A stretch of 59,227 bases of DNA, the filler included. It is 7 parts of 7 records of this genome, joined end to end, with 100 filler letters (N's around TTAATTAATTAA, not from the genome) between each part and the next. Parts side by side here need not be neighbours in the genome. Positions count along the whole stretch, not along the records: positions 18,747 to 25,436 come from DRR723986_87806; positions 25,537 to 30,610 come from DRR723986_90683; positions 30,711 to 35,945 come from DRR723986_91559; 4 more parts are not named here. One strand, 5' to 3'. Numbering within the stretch: the stretch's first letter is position 1; each line of letters opens with the position of its first letter. Shown one piece after another: positions 19,917-33,700 of the stretch. Made by a program: the position numbers and the translations under genes. The notes under the pieces are model-generated. The model saw only the letters and a list, made by a program, of their open reading frames with translations, searched no databases and had not been told where the DNA came from.

Positions 19917-20732
19917 TTATTCTACCGTATAGATTACTTCATCAACTTCTGACAACCTAAAATAACCAAATGGAAAATTTTCTGGATTTGTTTGATTAAT
20001 ACAATTTCCTCTAACAGTTGCTGGTTGGGTTTCAAAAGGGCCACCTGATTCTTGACTACCCTGTTGTAATAGTATAAACATAAATTCATAGAAATCTTTT
20101 GAGACACCATAGTTTCGAATAGTTACTTCATCACCAGATTCTAGATCTTCTTCTGTGTAAAAACCAAAAATTTGATTACCATTGGTAAATCTATCCTCAT
20201 ATACCTCTAAGGTAGGAACAACAGGAATATCACTAATGAATTCAAAGAAGTAATAGTTTTCTTCGTTTGCAGGATCCGTATAATATGCTTTTAATTCGAT
20301 ATCGTCTCCTGTAAATCCTCCTTCATTATTTTGTTCTACAAAATCAATTGAAGCCACAGATTTAAGTATCTCAGTAGCTGTATAAACTTCATTATTATAA
20401 TTAATATTTAACGCGTATGTTTCGTTCAGCTGCGGGATAAATGTGTTATTTCTGTAAATACCTGTATTACTATCTTCAATAAAATTATAAATATTATTAT
20501 TTGAATCTGTTATAAACACATTTGCTCCATTCGCAGGTGGTACATTTTCATCAAAAAATGGTGCTGAGAGTGTTAATCTTATACTTTGCTCATTACCAGT
20601 TGTGTTTTTAAACCAATTTATTGAAGCATCAATAACCAATCTTGGCTCTGATGAATTTAGATCTACATCTATGACATCTTCACAACCAGATAAAAAAATC
20701 AATCCAAAAATTATTAATACTATTTTTTTCAT
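19917..20732 (-). CDS. DUF4249 lipoprotein
   Basis: Lipobox LSGC-EDVID; DPANEENYY, PATVRGN and GYFRLS motifs; follows a TonB-dependent receptor. Confidence 0.85.
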   Translation of the reverse strand: MKKIVLIIFGLIFLSGCEDVIDVDLNSSEPRLVIDASINWFKNTTGNEQSIRLTLSAPFFDENVPPANGANVFITDSNNNIYNFIEDSNTGIYRNNTFIPQLNETYALNINYNNEVYTATEILKSVASIDFVEQNNEGGFTGDDIELKAYYTDPANEENYYFFEFISDIPVVPTLEVYEDRFTNGNQIFGFYTEEDLESGDEVTIRNYGVSKDFYEFMFILLQQGSQESGGPFETQPATVRGNCINQTNPENFPFGYFRLSEVDEVIYTVE

Positions 20733-20734
20733 CT

Positions 20735-23110
20735 TTAAAAGCTAAAATTATATGATACAGAAGGCACTATGCCGAAGATTGCTAATCTAACGGCTTCGTT
20801 TCTACCTGAATTTCTATTTTCACTAAAAGTTATGTTGGCAGCATTCCTTCTATTATATACATTATAAACACCAAAAACCCATTCACCTTTAAACGTTTTT
20901 GCATTATTAGGATTAGGATTATAATTCACGCCAATATCTAGTCTATGATATGCTGGTAAACGACTTGAGTTTCTCTGTTCGTAGCTTGGTATTACAATAC
21001 CATTATATTCATACTGACCATTGGGAAATGTCGCTGGCTGACCTGTTTGAAACAGGAAATTAGAACTTAAAGACCACTTTTTGTTAAATTCATAATTTGT
21101 TGTTAGGGAAATATCATGGGTTTTATCAAATGGAGTGTTATACCAATTACCATTATTTATTCCTGTTTCTACAGAAGTTCTGCCAGGTGTACATTGTTCA
21201 GATTTTGATAAAGTATAGGCTAACCAACCATTAAGTTTGCCTTCATTCTTTCTAAATAATACTTCAAGACCATAAGCTCTAGCTTCACCATTTAGTATGA
21301 CTTGTTCAATTGCATTATTAGCAATTAAATCCGCTCCATCTATATAATCTATTCGATTGTCAATTTTTTTATAAAATATTTCAACTTCCAAAGAAATTTG
21401 ATTGTTATAAAAAGTTTTAAAATATCCGAATGCTACTTGATCTAATAATTGTGGTTTTATAAATTTACCACTAGGAGTCCAGACGTCTAGTGGAGTAGGA
21501 GAATTAGTATTAGAAAGCAGATGCAAATATTGACTCATTCTATTATAGCTCGCTTTAATTGAAGAGTTTTCGTTTAATTGATAGGATATGGCTAATCTTG
21601 GTTCAATATTAGCAAAAGATTCAATGACGTCACTTTTGTTAAATTCCCTGACACCAATGGGTTCGGCTTTTTGATAAATTCCTAAAACTTCATTAAAGAT
21701 TACAGGATTATTATTTTCATAGACATTTAATTCATCTTGGCCTAAGCGATGAAACGTACTAAATCTGGCGCCGTATCTAACTGATAATTTAGAACTAATT
21801 TTATGCTCCGCATCCAAATAAATGGCATTTTCTAGTGCAAATTTATTAGTTAATTTAAATGGATTAATACCTGAACTTTCTGTTGTAGGTCTAATCTCAC
21901 CTGGATTAAATCTGTAATAAATACTATTTAACCCATACTCAAGTTTTAGGTTATTACTTATATAGTGCTTAAAATCGTATTTTAAATTAAAGTTTCTTAT
22001 TCCAGATTGCCAATCAAACTCAACAAATGATAGTTCTAAGTCATAATCGTAATCTGAATAAATTAAAGATAAGTTTGAAAACAGCTTGTCTGAAAATAAA
22101 TGGTTCCATCTAAAGTTGATCACGGCGTTTCCGTATTCATTTTTAAAACTGTCCGCAATTTCAAAAATATCTCTTCCAAAATATCCACTTAAGAAAATGC
22201 TGTTATTTTCGTTTAATCTATAGCTTAATTTTGTGTTGAGATCATAGAAATATGCTACATTATCCAAATCAAAAAGTGGTAAGAACAGGTGAATATAACT
22301 GCTACGTCCACCAAATAGAAAAGAGCCTTTATCTTTCTTAATAGGACCTTCGGCTAAAAGCCTACTAGATATCAATCCAATACCTCCATTCATATGAAAT
22401 TCACTACTATTTCCTTCTTTTTGATAAATATCTAAAACTGACGAAACCCTTCCGCCATATTTTGAAGGAATTCCACCCTTATATAATTTAAGATCCTTTA
22501 TGGCATCTGGATTAAATACTGAAAAGAAACCAAATAAATGTGATGAGTTAAAAATTGTTGCCTCATCTAAAAGTATTAAGTTTTGATCTGCTGCTCCTCC
22601 ACGTACATTAAAGCCTGAAGATCCTTCGCCTGCATTAGTAACACCAGGTAATAGTGTTATGGATTTAATAACATCTACTTCTCCAAGGACCACTGGCATA
22701 TTTTTAATGGTTTTAATGGCGAGAGAATTAAGACTCATTTGTGGTTTTCTGATATTAAGCCTTTCTACATCATCTTTTATTACAACTTCATCTAAAGTTT
22801 CGGCTGATTCAACCAACTTGTAATTTTTAACAATATCAGTGTTTAACTGTAAAGTTTCTACAATTGTTTTATACCCTAAATAGCTTATTTGTACCTCATA
22901 CGTGCCTGAAGGAAGGGTTAAAGAATAAAAACCATATTCATTAGTAACGGTACCAGACTGCATTTCTGGTACAATTATATTAACACCAATGAGTGTTTCG
23001 TTACTATTACTGTCAGTAATAGTTCCGCTTAACGTAAATTTCTCTTGGGCGCTAAGAGATGTAATATAGAAAACAAAAAACGCAAAAAATCCTATAGAAT
23101 TCTTTTTCAT
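20735..23110 (-). CDS. TonB-dependent receptor
   Basis: CarboxypepD-like N-domain, plug motifs NVRGG and YGGRVSSV, terminal YNFSF. Confidence 0.93.
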   Translation of the reverse strand: MKKNSIGFFAFFVFYITSLSAQEKFTLSGTITDSNSNETLIGVNIIVPEMQSGTVTNEYGFYSLTLPSGTYEVQISYLGYKTIVETLQLNTDIVKNYKLVESAETLDEVVIKDDVERLNIRKPQMSLNSLAIKTIKNMPVVLGEVDVIKSITLLPGVTNAGEGSSGFNVRGGAADQNLILLDEATIFNSSHLFGFFSVFNPDAIKDLKLYKGGIPSKYGGRVSSVLDIYQKEGNSSEFHMNGGIGLISSRLLAEGPIKKDKGSFLFGGRSSYIHLFLPLFDLDNVAYFYDLNTKLSYRLNENNSIFLSGYFGRDIFEIADSFKNEYGNAVINFRWNHLFSDKLFSNLSLIYSDYDYDLELSFVEFDWQSGIRNFNLKYDFKHYISNNLKLEYGLNSIYYRFNPGEIRPTTESSGINPFKLTNKFALENAIYLDAEHKISSKLSVRYGARFSTFHRLGQDELNVYENNNPVIFNEVLGIYQKAEPIGVREFNKSDVIESFANIEPRLAISYQLNENSSIKASYNRMSQYLHLLSNTNSPTPLDVWTPSGKFIKPQLLDQVAFGYFKTFYNNQISLEVEIFYKKIDNRIDYIDGADLIANNAIEQVILNGEARAYGLEVLFRKNEGKLNGWLAYTLSKSEQCTPGRTSVETGINNGNWYNTPFDKTHDISLTTNYEFNKKWSLSSNFLFQTGQPATFPNGQYEYNGIVIPSYEQRNSSRLPAYHRLDIGVNYNPNPNNAKTFKGEWVFGVYNVYNRRNAANITFSENRNSGRNEAVRLAIFGIVPSVSYNFSF

Positions 23111-23131
23111 TAAACAATTTTTTGTAAAAAT

Positions 23132-23162
23132 AAAAAAGCTTCATTTTTCATGAAGCTCTTTT
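23132..23162 (-). terminator. Terminator after icd
   Basis: AGCTTCAT / ATGAAGCT stem flanked by A/T runs. Confidence 0.65.
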
Positions 23163-23171
23163 AACTTAAGT

Positions 23172-25436
<2,265 letters not shown>

Positions 25437-25536
25437 NNNNNNNNNNNNNNNNNNNNNNNNNNNNNNNNNNNNNNNNNNNNTTAATTAATTAANNNNNNNN
25501 NNNNNNNNNNNNNNNNNNNNNNNNNNNNNNNNNNNN
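25437..25536. other. Artificial contig linker
   Basis: 44 N + TTAATTAATTAA + 44 N. Confidence 0.99.
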
Positions 25537-25803
25537 GTGACCAATACCAACCCACCAAACGAAGTTGGTGATATCCCAAGCCCAGCCTACAGTTTTGTTA
25601 AGCCCCCACATACCGATGCCTTCCCAAACGGTGGCAACGACTGCGATTGATCCTAAAGCCAAAACACCGGCAGACGTAAGGAAAGCTAGAAACCATCTGA
25701 TATTTGGTTTTGCTTCTACATGGCGTGACACGTCATGCGTCACATCATGATAGCTTTTACCCCCGGTAACTAACGGCTCGCGTACGGATGAAGTAACCTG
25801 CAT
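25537..25803 (-). CDS. actC: Alternative complex III NrfD-type subunit, 5' part only (cut at the contig end)
   Basis: WGLNKTVGWAWDITNFVWWVGIGH; follows actB. Confidence 0.9.
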
Positions 25804-25820
25804 AGTTTATAAAATTTTGA

Positions 25821-28800
25821 TTACGCTTCGTTTAAGTCTTTATTTCTGATTTTGGTAAAGTACCAAACGTTTGGACTCACGTTGATCTCTTCCAATACAT
25901 GGTATGCTCTCTCCTCATTCACTTCCTTCAATGCTGAAGTAGTGTTCTCCTTAATCTTAAGAAGCTGAGAAACTTTAGAATTCGAATCATTCATGTCTCC
26001 GAATACCAACGCATCAGTTGGACAAGCTACAGCACAAGCTACATTGATGTCTCCATCTTTCACTTTGCGCTTCTCCCGCTTAGCCTCTAGCTTACCAGCT
26101 TGGATCCTCTGCACACACATGGAGCATTTTTCCATCACACCACGAGCACGAACTGTTACATCTGGATTCAAGACCATCTTACCCAAATCATCGTTTTGAG
26201 CAACATTGACTCCTGCGAAGTCTTTGTTATCGTGGTATTTGAACCAGTTGAATCGACGTACTTTATACGGACAGTTGTTTGCACAATATCTTGTACCAAT
26301 ACATCTGTTGTAAGTCATTTGGTTAAGTCCCTCAGAAGAGTGGGTAGTTGCAGCAACAGGACAAACAGTCTCACATGGAGCATTGTTACACTGCTGGCAC
26401 ATCATAGGCTGGAAAGTAACCTCAGGGTTGCTGGCCGCGACTTCCATAGCACTCAAATCATCTGCTGGAGCATCAGAAGAATAGTAGCGATCGATTCTGA
26501 TCCATGCCATTTCTCTTCTGTTCAATACTTCCTGCTTACCTACTACTGCCACGTTGTTTTCAACCTGACAAGCCACAGAACATGCAGAGCAACCGATACA
26601 AGAGTTCATATCGATAGCCAATCCCCAGTGATGCTGAGAATACTGGTGACCTGACCAAAGTGAAATCTTGGAAGGTTTTACAAATTCACCATCCTTGTAA
26701 ATATGTGGATGAGATCTACCTGCAGAAGCATCTTTTTGGTATTCGCTCAATACAGACTCTTGGATTACGTTTTCACGTCCCATGAACGTCTGGTGAGTTT
26801 GTGTACGTGCAATTTTATAAGAATCACCAGTTGCAGAAACTTCTACGCCTGAAGTAATATCGAAATTGACAAAGCCTTTGGAAGCATCCAGTAATTCGTA
26901 AGCATTAACACCCACTCCGTTTGCAACTCGACCAGCTTTTGTTCTACCATATCCTACTGCCAAACCGAAAGTACCTTCTGCCTGACCTGGTTGAATCAAG
27001 ATCGGCACGATCAGCGATTTACCATTTACGGTAATAGAAGCTTTGCTGGTATGTTCTTCAGATTGAGTGACACCATTGTCATTTGCCCACTTCTGAGACA
27101 CAGTCAAATAGTTATCCCAAGTTGCCTTAGAGATAGGATCAGACAATTCTTGAAGCCAAGGAACATTCGCATAAGCACCGTTACCGATACCTACTTTAGT
27201 ATATATGACCAATTCCGGTGTAGAATTATCAGCAGAATAAGCTTTAGCTACAGCTGAAGCAGCAGCACTTACATCTCCTACTGGAGCTAAAGGTGCAGAA
27301 GTAGAATTAATAGCTAATACACCATTGTATAGGGTCTGATCCCAGAATTCTTGGAATGTACCGCCAGTCTCTACTTGAGTGAATACCTCACCCTGCCAGT
27401 TATTCTGTAAGAAATCATAGTAAGAAGTAGTATCACCTGCCCAAACCAAGAAAGATTCTTGTGCTTGTCTTGTATCAAAAAGTGGAGAGATGGTAGGCTG
27501 AGCTAAAGAGAAGTGACCTTTCTTAGGCTCAAAGTCATTCCAAGACTCTAGGAAGTGATGATCTGGTGCTACAATTTGTACTAAAGACGAAGTCTCGTTT
27601 AAAGTACCATTAGTAGAGATACTTACTTTTGCTTTTGCGATACCAGCAGCGATCTCAGCTCCTCTTGCAAAATCATATACTGGATTACAGTTGTAGAAAA
27701 TAACCCCACCAACTTTTCCAGCATTCAAATCAGTCACAAACTGATTCATTTTAGCGTCATCTCCTTTTCTGTAGTAAGCAGGATTAGCGAAATCAACCGT
27801 AGTTCCGTTACTACCAAGCAATTCATTGATCGCATTGATCACAACCTGTACGTTAGGATCGTTTGATCCAGAAATAACAAGGGAAGCTCCTTTGCTAGCC
27901 CATAGATCAGCAGCAGCTTTATCCAAATGCGCGATCTCTACTGCAGGAGCAGAAACTGTAGCAGCACCTGCTTTTTTAGCAATCGCATTGTATAGCGCTA
28001 ATACAGCCAATCCGCTTTGAGAAGCTCTGATTGGCGTTCTGTAATCAGCATTTGCTCCAGCAAGTGACAACGTAGATTCAAACTGATAATGTCTTGACAT
28101 TTCAGGCTTCTCTTTGCTGATTTTTCTTGTCTGAGCATATTGACGGGCAAATTCAATTGGAGAAATCCAAGATCCTAAGAAGTCAGCTCCGAAGGATACG
28201 ATTGTTTTTGCTTTGTCAAATGAGTATGAAGGAAGAACTGCAGCACCATAGTAAGTCTCCGCAGCTTTTGTAATACCATAATTTGAAAGTGGATCGTACA
28301 TGATCACTTCCACGTTTCCGTTTGCATTTGCCAGTTGCTGTATGGCCTGCATAGTGGAAGGTGAAATAATTGTATTGGAAACAATTTTCACTGAACCGGC
28401 GGAAGCTAGAGCAGATTTAGCTTGCGCATCAACTGTTTTCCAATCTGAAAGCTGTCCCCCGCTGTATGGACCCGCTAGTCTTTCTTTGTCATAAAGAGAA
28501 AGGATGGATCCTTCTACGATCGCATTTACTTTACCTTTATTAATAGGAGACAATTCGTTTCCGTCAATTTTGATCGGGCGACCTTCTCTTGTCTTCACTA
28601 CAATGGAAGCATAATCGCCACCTGTAGCATAAGTAGAAGCATAATAGTTAGGAATAGATGGGTTGATATCAACCGGTTTATTCACATAAGGGATCATCTT
28701 TCTAACAGGAGCCTCGCATGCCGCCAATGAAGCTGCCGCTAAGCTGAATCCCATTACTTTCAGAAAATCTCTTCTTGAAGCACTACCCTCCTCGTTGAGT

Positions 28801-28904
28801 GTAGAAGGAAGCTCAGGGAATTCCCTGTCAGCGTTCTTTACAAACTCTGGATCGTTGTTGAGCTGCTCAAGCCCTTTCCAGTACGTTTTTTTATTTTCCT
28901 TCAT
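25821..28904 (-). CDS. actB: Alternative complex III subunit B (molybdopterin-oxidoreductase-like domain + Fe-S domain)
   Basis: Variant Tat signal SRRDFLK with lipobox LAAC; REGRPIK; CIGCSAC, CQQCNNAPCETVCP, CIGTRYCANNCPY and CSMC motifs. Confidence 0.95.
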   Translation of the reverse strand: MKENKKTYWKGLEQLNNDPEFVKNADREFPELPSTLNEEGSASRRDFLKVMGFSLAAASLAACEAPVRKMIPYVNKPVDINPSIPNYYASTYATGGDYASIVVKTREGRPIKIDGNELSPINKGKVNAIVEGSILSLYDKERLAGPYSGGQLSDWKTVDAQAKSALASAGSVKIVSNTIISPSTMQAIQQLANANGNVEVIMYDPLSNYGITKAAETYYGAAVLPSYSFDKAKTIVSFGADFLGSWISPIEFARQYAQTRKISKEKPEMSRHYQFESTLSLAGANADYRTPIRASQSGLAVLALYNAIAKKAGAATVSAPAVEIAHLDKAAADLWASKGASLVISGSNDPNVQVVINAINELLGSNGTTVDFANPAYYRKGDDAKMNQFVTDLNAGKVGGVIFYNCNPVYDFARGAEIAAGIAKAKVSISTNGTLNETSSLVQIVAPDHHFLESWNDFEPKKGHFSLAQPTISPLFDTRQAQESFLVWAGDTTSYYDFLQNNWQGEVFTQVETGGTFQEFWDQTLYNGVLAINSTSAPLAPVGDVSAAASAVAKAYSADNSTPELVIYTKVGIGNGAYANVPWLQELSDPISKATWDNYLTVSQKWANDNGVTQSEEHTSKASITVNGKSLIVPILIQPGQAEGTFGLAVGYGRTKAGRVANGVGVNAYELLDASKGFVNFDITSGVEVSATGDSYKIARTQTHQTFMGRENVIQESVLSEYQKDASAGRSHPHIYKDGEFVKPSKISLWSGHQYSQHHWGLAIDMNSCIGCSACSVACQVENNVAVVGKQEVLNRREMAWIRIDRYYSSDAPADDLSAMEVAASNPEVTFQPMMCQQCNNAPCETVCPVAATTHSSEGLNQMTYNRCIGTRYCANNCPYKVRRFNWFKYHDNKDFAGVNVAQNDDLGKMVLNPDVTVRARGVMEKCSMCVQRIQAGKLEAKREKRKVKDGDINVACAVACPTDALVFGDMNDSNSKVSQLLKIKENTTSALKEVNEERAYHVLEEINVSPNVWYFTKIRNKDLNEA

Positions 28905-28943
28905 TTTATGATATAAGAATGAATTTGCGAAAAGAATAATGAA

Positions 28944-30209
28944 TTAATAGTGGCACTTAGCACACTCCAAACCTCCGATGTCTTTCACCTTCAAGGCATC
29001 TTTAGAATCAGAGTGAATCTGAACCAACTTATCGTAGTAGGCATTGCCTTCAGTAGTGATCTCGGTCTGTCTGTGACAGTCAATACACCACCCCATTGTT
29101 AGTGCACTATGCTGACCAACTACTTCCATTTCCTGAATAGGACCGTGACAAGTCTGACACTCTACTTCACCCACTACCACGTGCTGAGAGTGATTGAAAT
29201 AGGCTAAATCTGGAAGATTGTGAACTCGTACCCATTCGATAGGCTGATTGTTATCAACCGCATCGTAGATTTTCTGAATTTCAGGAGAAACGCCTTCTGC
29301 TCCTTGCACATTCTGCACATGCGTATGGCAGTTCATACAAATGTTAGCTGAAGGGATATTTGCAGATCTTCCTATCTCTACACCGGTATGACAATACTGA
29401 CACTCAATCTCTAGAGTACCTGCATGAAGCGCGTGTGAGTAGGCGATTGGCTGCTCAGGCGCATAGCCCTGCTGTACGCCTACTGAATAAAGTCCATCCA
29501 AAGCTGTTTTAGCCACCAAGGCCACCACTAAGGCAGTGACGATAACCACAAACATATCGCTTTTAAATACTTTACCTAGGTTAGTTTTCTGAGAGACAAA
29601 TTCTTTATCATCTTCATCCAGATCCTGTTTTTTAAGGTATTTGGTTAATACAGATATTATCAATCCTAATACAACCAAAATCAAAAGTAGCACAACTACC
29701 AACACCCCTAGAATTATAGTAAGGTATTCGCTTGGAATCCCCCCTCCTTCAGCTACTTCACCACCTTCAGCTCCTGCTGATGCCGCCGCAGCCGCCGCTG
29801 GATCCACTTTATCACCGTACTCTATATAGGCTAGTAGATTATTTAGATCATCATCAGTCAAAAACTCATGAGCCGGCATCATCAGGCTGTTGAATTCCTT
29901 ATACAAATTGGAATAGTAGGCATTTCCAGATGCAATTACAGCCGAAGAGTTCTTGATAAAACTTTTGACAGTTTCTACAGGCGCCCTATCTGAAGCACCT
30001 CTCAATGCCGGACCAGTGTACTTTTGATCCAGTTTATGACACTGCTTACAATTTGCATTGAATACAGTCTTACCTGCTGCCACAGCTTCATCGCTATTTG
30101 CCACTGATGGATCTGCTGCAAAAGCCTGCATTCCGATCAGCATGAAAAACAGCACTGCCAGTGTGTGGAAATTCAATCGAACCCCTACTAACGAGCGTTT
30201 GGATAACAT
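28944..30209 (-). CDS. actA: Alternative complex III multiheme cytochrome c (six CxxCH)
   Basis: CKQCH, CQYCH, CMNCH, CQTCH, CIDCH, CAKCH. Start placed at ATG 30209, downstream of the promoter. Confidence 0.93.
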   Translation of the reverse strand: MLSKRSLVGVRLNFHTLAVLFFMLIGMQAFAADPSVANSDEAVAAGKTVFNANCKQCHKLDQKYTGPALRGASDRAPVETVKSFIKNSSAVIASGNAYYSNLYKEFNSLMMPAHEFLTDDDLNNLLAYIEYGDKVDPAAAAAASAGAEGGEVAEGGGIPSEYLTIILGVLVVVLLLILVVLGLIISVLTKYLKKQDLDEDDKEFVSQKTNLGKVFKSDMFVVIVTALVVALVAKTALDGLYSVGVQQGYAPEQPIAYSHALHAGTLEIECQYCHTGVEIGRSANIPSANICMNCHTHVQNVQGAEGVSPEIQKIYDAVDNNQPIEWVRVHNLPDLAYFNHSQHVVVGEVECQTCHGPIQEMEVVGQHSALTMGWCIDCHRQTEITTEGNAYYDKLVQIHSDSKDALKVKDIGGLECAKCHY

Positions 30210-30253
30210 ATTATAGCTAATTAAATAGTTTAAGCGGTTTTTTATAACCCTTG

Positions 30254-30284
30254 CAAAGGTACTACCCGAAGCCAATTTTTCAAA
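30254..30284 (-). promoter_or_regulatory. Bacteroidota housekeeping promoter of the act operon
   Basis: TTTG-N19-TACCTTTG on the minus strand matches the -33/-7 consensus. Confidence 0.75.
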
Positions 30285-30550
30285 CTTGTCTTGATGTATG
30301 GCAGCGGCCTCACAGGAACTCTGTTTGATTTCATATACACTTGTATTACAGTTATTTAAGGTTATTTTCTGGGCTAATAATTAATTTAGAATCAATATAA
30401 ATAGAATGTATTTTGTAAGCTTTTCAAACTTCTATTGAATTCCCACGATACAAGGGTCTTGTTTCTTGATTTCCAAATAGCGTAGAGCCTGATTTACTAG
30501 CAAAGATTTAAAATAAATAGGTGCTTTATTGTAAAGGAAAAGATATTAAC

Positions 30551-30558
30551 TACATTTG
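30551..30558 (+). promoter_or_regulatory. -7 promoter element for tRNA-Cys
   Basis: TACATTTG (TAnnTTTG) 16 nt before the tRNA. Confidence 0.65.
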
Positions 30559-30574
30559 CATTCCAATTCTGATT

Positions 30575-30610
30575 GGTCGAGTGGCCGAGTGGCTAGGCAG
30601 AGGTCTGCAA
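30575..30610 (+). tRNA. tRNA-Cys(GCA), 5' half only (cut at the contig end)
   Basis: GGTCGAG-TG-GCCGAGTGGCTAGGC-A-GAGGT-CTGCAA; anticodon GCA at 30607-30609. Confidence 0.85.
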
Positions 30611-30710
30611 NNNNNNNNNNNNNNNNNNNNNNNNNNNNNNNNNNNNNNNNNNNNTTAATTAATTAANNNNNNNNNNNNNNNNNNNNNNNNNNNNNNNNNN
30701 NNNNNNNNNN
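30611..30710. other. Artificial contig linker
   Basis: 44 N + TTAATTAATTAA + 44 N. Confidence 0.99.
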
Positions 30711-30767
30711 TTGACAACGCTAAAACTGGTCGTTTTAGATCGCAATCCGATTAGGAGAGAATAACCA

Positions 30768-33700
30768 ATGGCACTAACCAAGACTCAAGTTTCCGAACTT
30801 TATGTCGCCATTTTCAACAGGGCTTCAGAAGGTGAAGGGAATCAATTCTGGCAAGGCGCAGAATCTGTAGCTGCTGCCGCTGCTGACATGCTGGCTTCTG
30901 CGCCCGCGCAGGAGTATTTCGGGAGCGCTCTCGACAGCAACCAGGCATTCATCGAGCACATCTATCTGAACACCTTCAACAAAACCGTTGCAGACGACGC
31001 TGCAGGTATTCAGTTCTGGGTTGACGCTCTGGAAGCCGGTGCAAGCCGCGGTGAGATTGTTGCAGGTATCGTTCAGGCGGCGACTGATCCCGCCAACGCT
31101 GGCGCTGCCCAGGACCAGTTCCTGAATCGGGTTGCCGTATCCAACTACACTGCAGATAACCTTGACTCTGTAGAATTGGCTACTCAGGAAGATGCAGTTC
31201 GCTTTGATCGCGACCTGACTGTTACTTCTGACAGCTCAACCGTTACTGCTGCTCAGAACTCCATTGATGAGCTGGCTGATAACGGCAACGGCGGTGGCAA
31301 CAACAATGGCGAGCCGGGAGAGACTATCCCCCCTGACTGAAGGCCGTGATGTTGCAACTGGTACCGAAGATAACGATACGTTCGTTGGCTTCGTTGGCCA
31401 GAACCAGAATGGCGCAGTTGTGAACGAGTTCGCCACTGGCGACCGCATCGACGGCGGCGCTGGCCGTGACAAGATCGAAGCGTCCATGATCAACGATAAC
31501 GAAGTTGATGGCGCAGCGAACGACCAAGCTGTTCGTCCGTACACCCAGAATGTCGAAGAAATTTACATCGAAGCTCTGGAAGACGTAATTCTCGACGCTA
31601 CCCGTATGGAAAACGTTGAAGAGTTCTGGGCTGACTTCGGTCGCGGTGACTTCACCGTGAACAACGTCAACCTGCAGGGCAGCAACCTGAACATCACCAA
31701 AGACGTGACGTTCGGTATCAAAGACACCCAGTTCGGCACTGACTTCACTGCAACTTTCGACAGTCAGTCTCTGCTGGCTGCTCCGGAAGAAGCGGCTAAC
31801 TCTCAGCTGCAGATTCAGATTGCAGACGTAAGCACCCAGACTCCGTCTACTCCGCTTGCTAACGTAAGCCTGACCCTGGGCTTTGAACTGGGCGGTCAGT
31901 CCTACGTTCTGGAAGACATCGTTTCTACTAACGGTACTTATCAGGGCCTGGTAATTGCTCTGGAAGCTGCGTTCGCGAATGCCGGCCTCGGCAACCTGAA
32001 CGTTGCTCTGTCCAATCCGTACACTCAGGTAACTGTTGCAGGCAACACCGTTAACCTGCCGTTCACTGCTCAGGAAATCCTGGTTACTGATCCTGATGGC
32101 AACACCTTCGGTGGCGTTGACTTCACTCAGGCAGCTATCAACTCCGTTCCTGGCGGCTTCCTGGTAGCGGGTACCGCTGACCCGGTTGATCCGACTGTAA
32201 GCGGCAACCTGATCGAATCTAACCTGGTTCTGGACAACGCTGGTCGTGGCTCCACTGCAGGTGATGTTCAGATCGGTGGTGAGTCTGACTCCCTGATCGG
32301 TGTTGAGCGTTTCAACGTAGCTGTAGATCGTGGCAGCAAGATCGCTTCTCTGACTCAGACTGCAACTAACAGCGACGAGCTGAAAGAGATCCACATCAGC
32401 TCCATCGGTGCGAACGGCTCCCTGTACATTGGTGCGGTAGATTCTGACCTGAACCTGATCAATGCTTCTGCCTTCCAAGGCGAAGAGCTGAGCATCGGTG
32501 AAGGCTCTGCGGTAGAAGACCTGGTAGTATTCAACAGCGCCGGTTCTAACACTGACGTGACTTTCGTTGCTGACTACGACGGTGACCTCCGTCCGTCAAA
32601 CGCGCAGGCGTTCACTATCAACACCGGTTCTGGCGATGACACCATCACCGCTGATCTGGACGGTACTTCTACTTCTGGAAGCACCACTGCCAGCCTGACC
32701 ATCAACTCCACTGGCGGTAACAACGTTGTTACTCTGACTTCAGACCTGAACGACGCTGAGTCCAACACTGCGACTGTAGTTCTGGGTAGCGGCGCCGACG
32801 TGGTAACTGGTGGCTCCACTAACCTGATTGCCAGCACTGGTGGTGCTAACGACGTAATCTACGCCGAAAACACCGGTGACAAGACCATTGCTCAGCTGGA
32901 TGCCGGCACAAGCAACGTTCTGGCAGAAGTGGGTGGCGGTACCGCCACAGCCGTTAACGGTTCCCAGGTTCTGAACGGTCGTACTGTTCAGGTAACTGTG
33001 GCTATGCCGGAAGAAGCACCTGTGGTTGGCGCTGACTCCTTCGTAGATGGCTTCGAAGTTACTGCTGAGATTCAGGCTTCCAACGGCGCTCTGACCACCG
33101 AGCGTGACCTGTACGAAGCAGCTGCTCGTGCGATCAACGAAGATCCGGTTGTAAACAAGCTGGTTCAGGCAACTGTTGACAGCAACGGCAACCTGATCGT
33201 GTCGTACCTGGTGGACGGCGCTTCTGACAATGGTGTGCCCGATAACATGGTACAGCTGGAAGTGCTGGGTGACTGGGCTGACGTGTCTAGCTCCAACCAG
33301 AACAGCATTGTGTCTGACCTGCAGGAGCTGTATCAGGATTCCGACATCGACGCTACTGACATCGGTAACCTGTACGACGCAGTGAACACTCTGGACGACT
33401 TCGCAGTAACTGTCGCTAACGGTACTGATTCTGTTGCTCTGGGTGGTGTGAACACTGTAAACGCCGGTGCTGGCAACGACGTTGTTGTACTGAGCTCCGA
33501 CGATGCAACTGTTGACACCCTGGTGTTCGACCAAGGCGGATTCGGCAACGACACCGTTGTTCACTACAACGATGCCGCAGCTGGTGACGTGCTGGACTTC
33601 ACTGCTTGGCTGGACAACGTAACTTCTGCTTCTGGCTCTAACGCCTCTCAGCAGCGTGTTGCTACCTCTCTGGTTGATCAGACTGCTGGTCTGGGCGCTA

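Noticed and set aside
28944..30275. Six-heme ActA as a novelty
   Set aside because: An extra N-terminal monoheme domain is already known for Bacteroidota ActA, for example in Flavobacterium johnsoniae.
31264..31327. Independent start for the 925-aa ORF (MMSWLIT...)
   Set aside because: No RBS is visible, and these codons are an off-frame reading of the upstream domain.
31338..31340. TGA read-through (selenocysteine) in the S-layer gene
   Set aside because: The downstream coding region is in a different frame, so read-through would not restore it.
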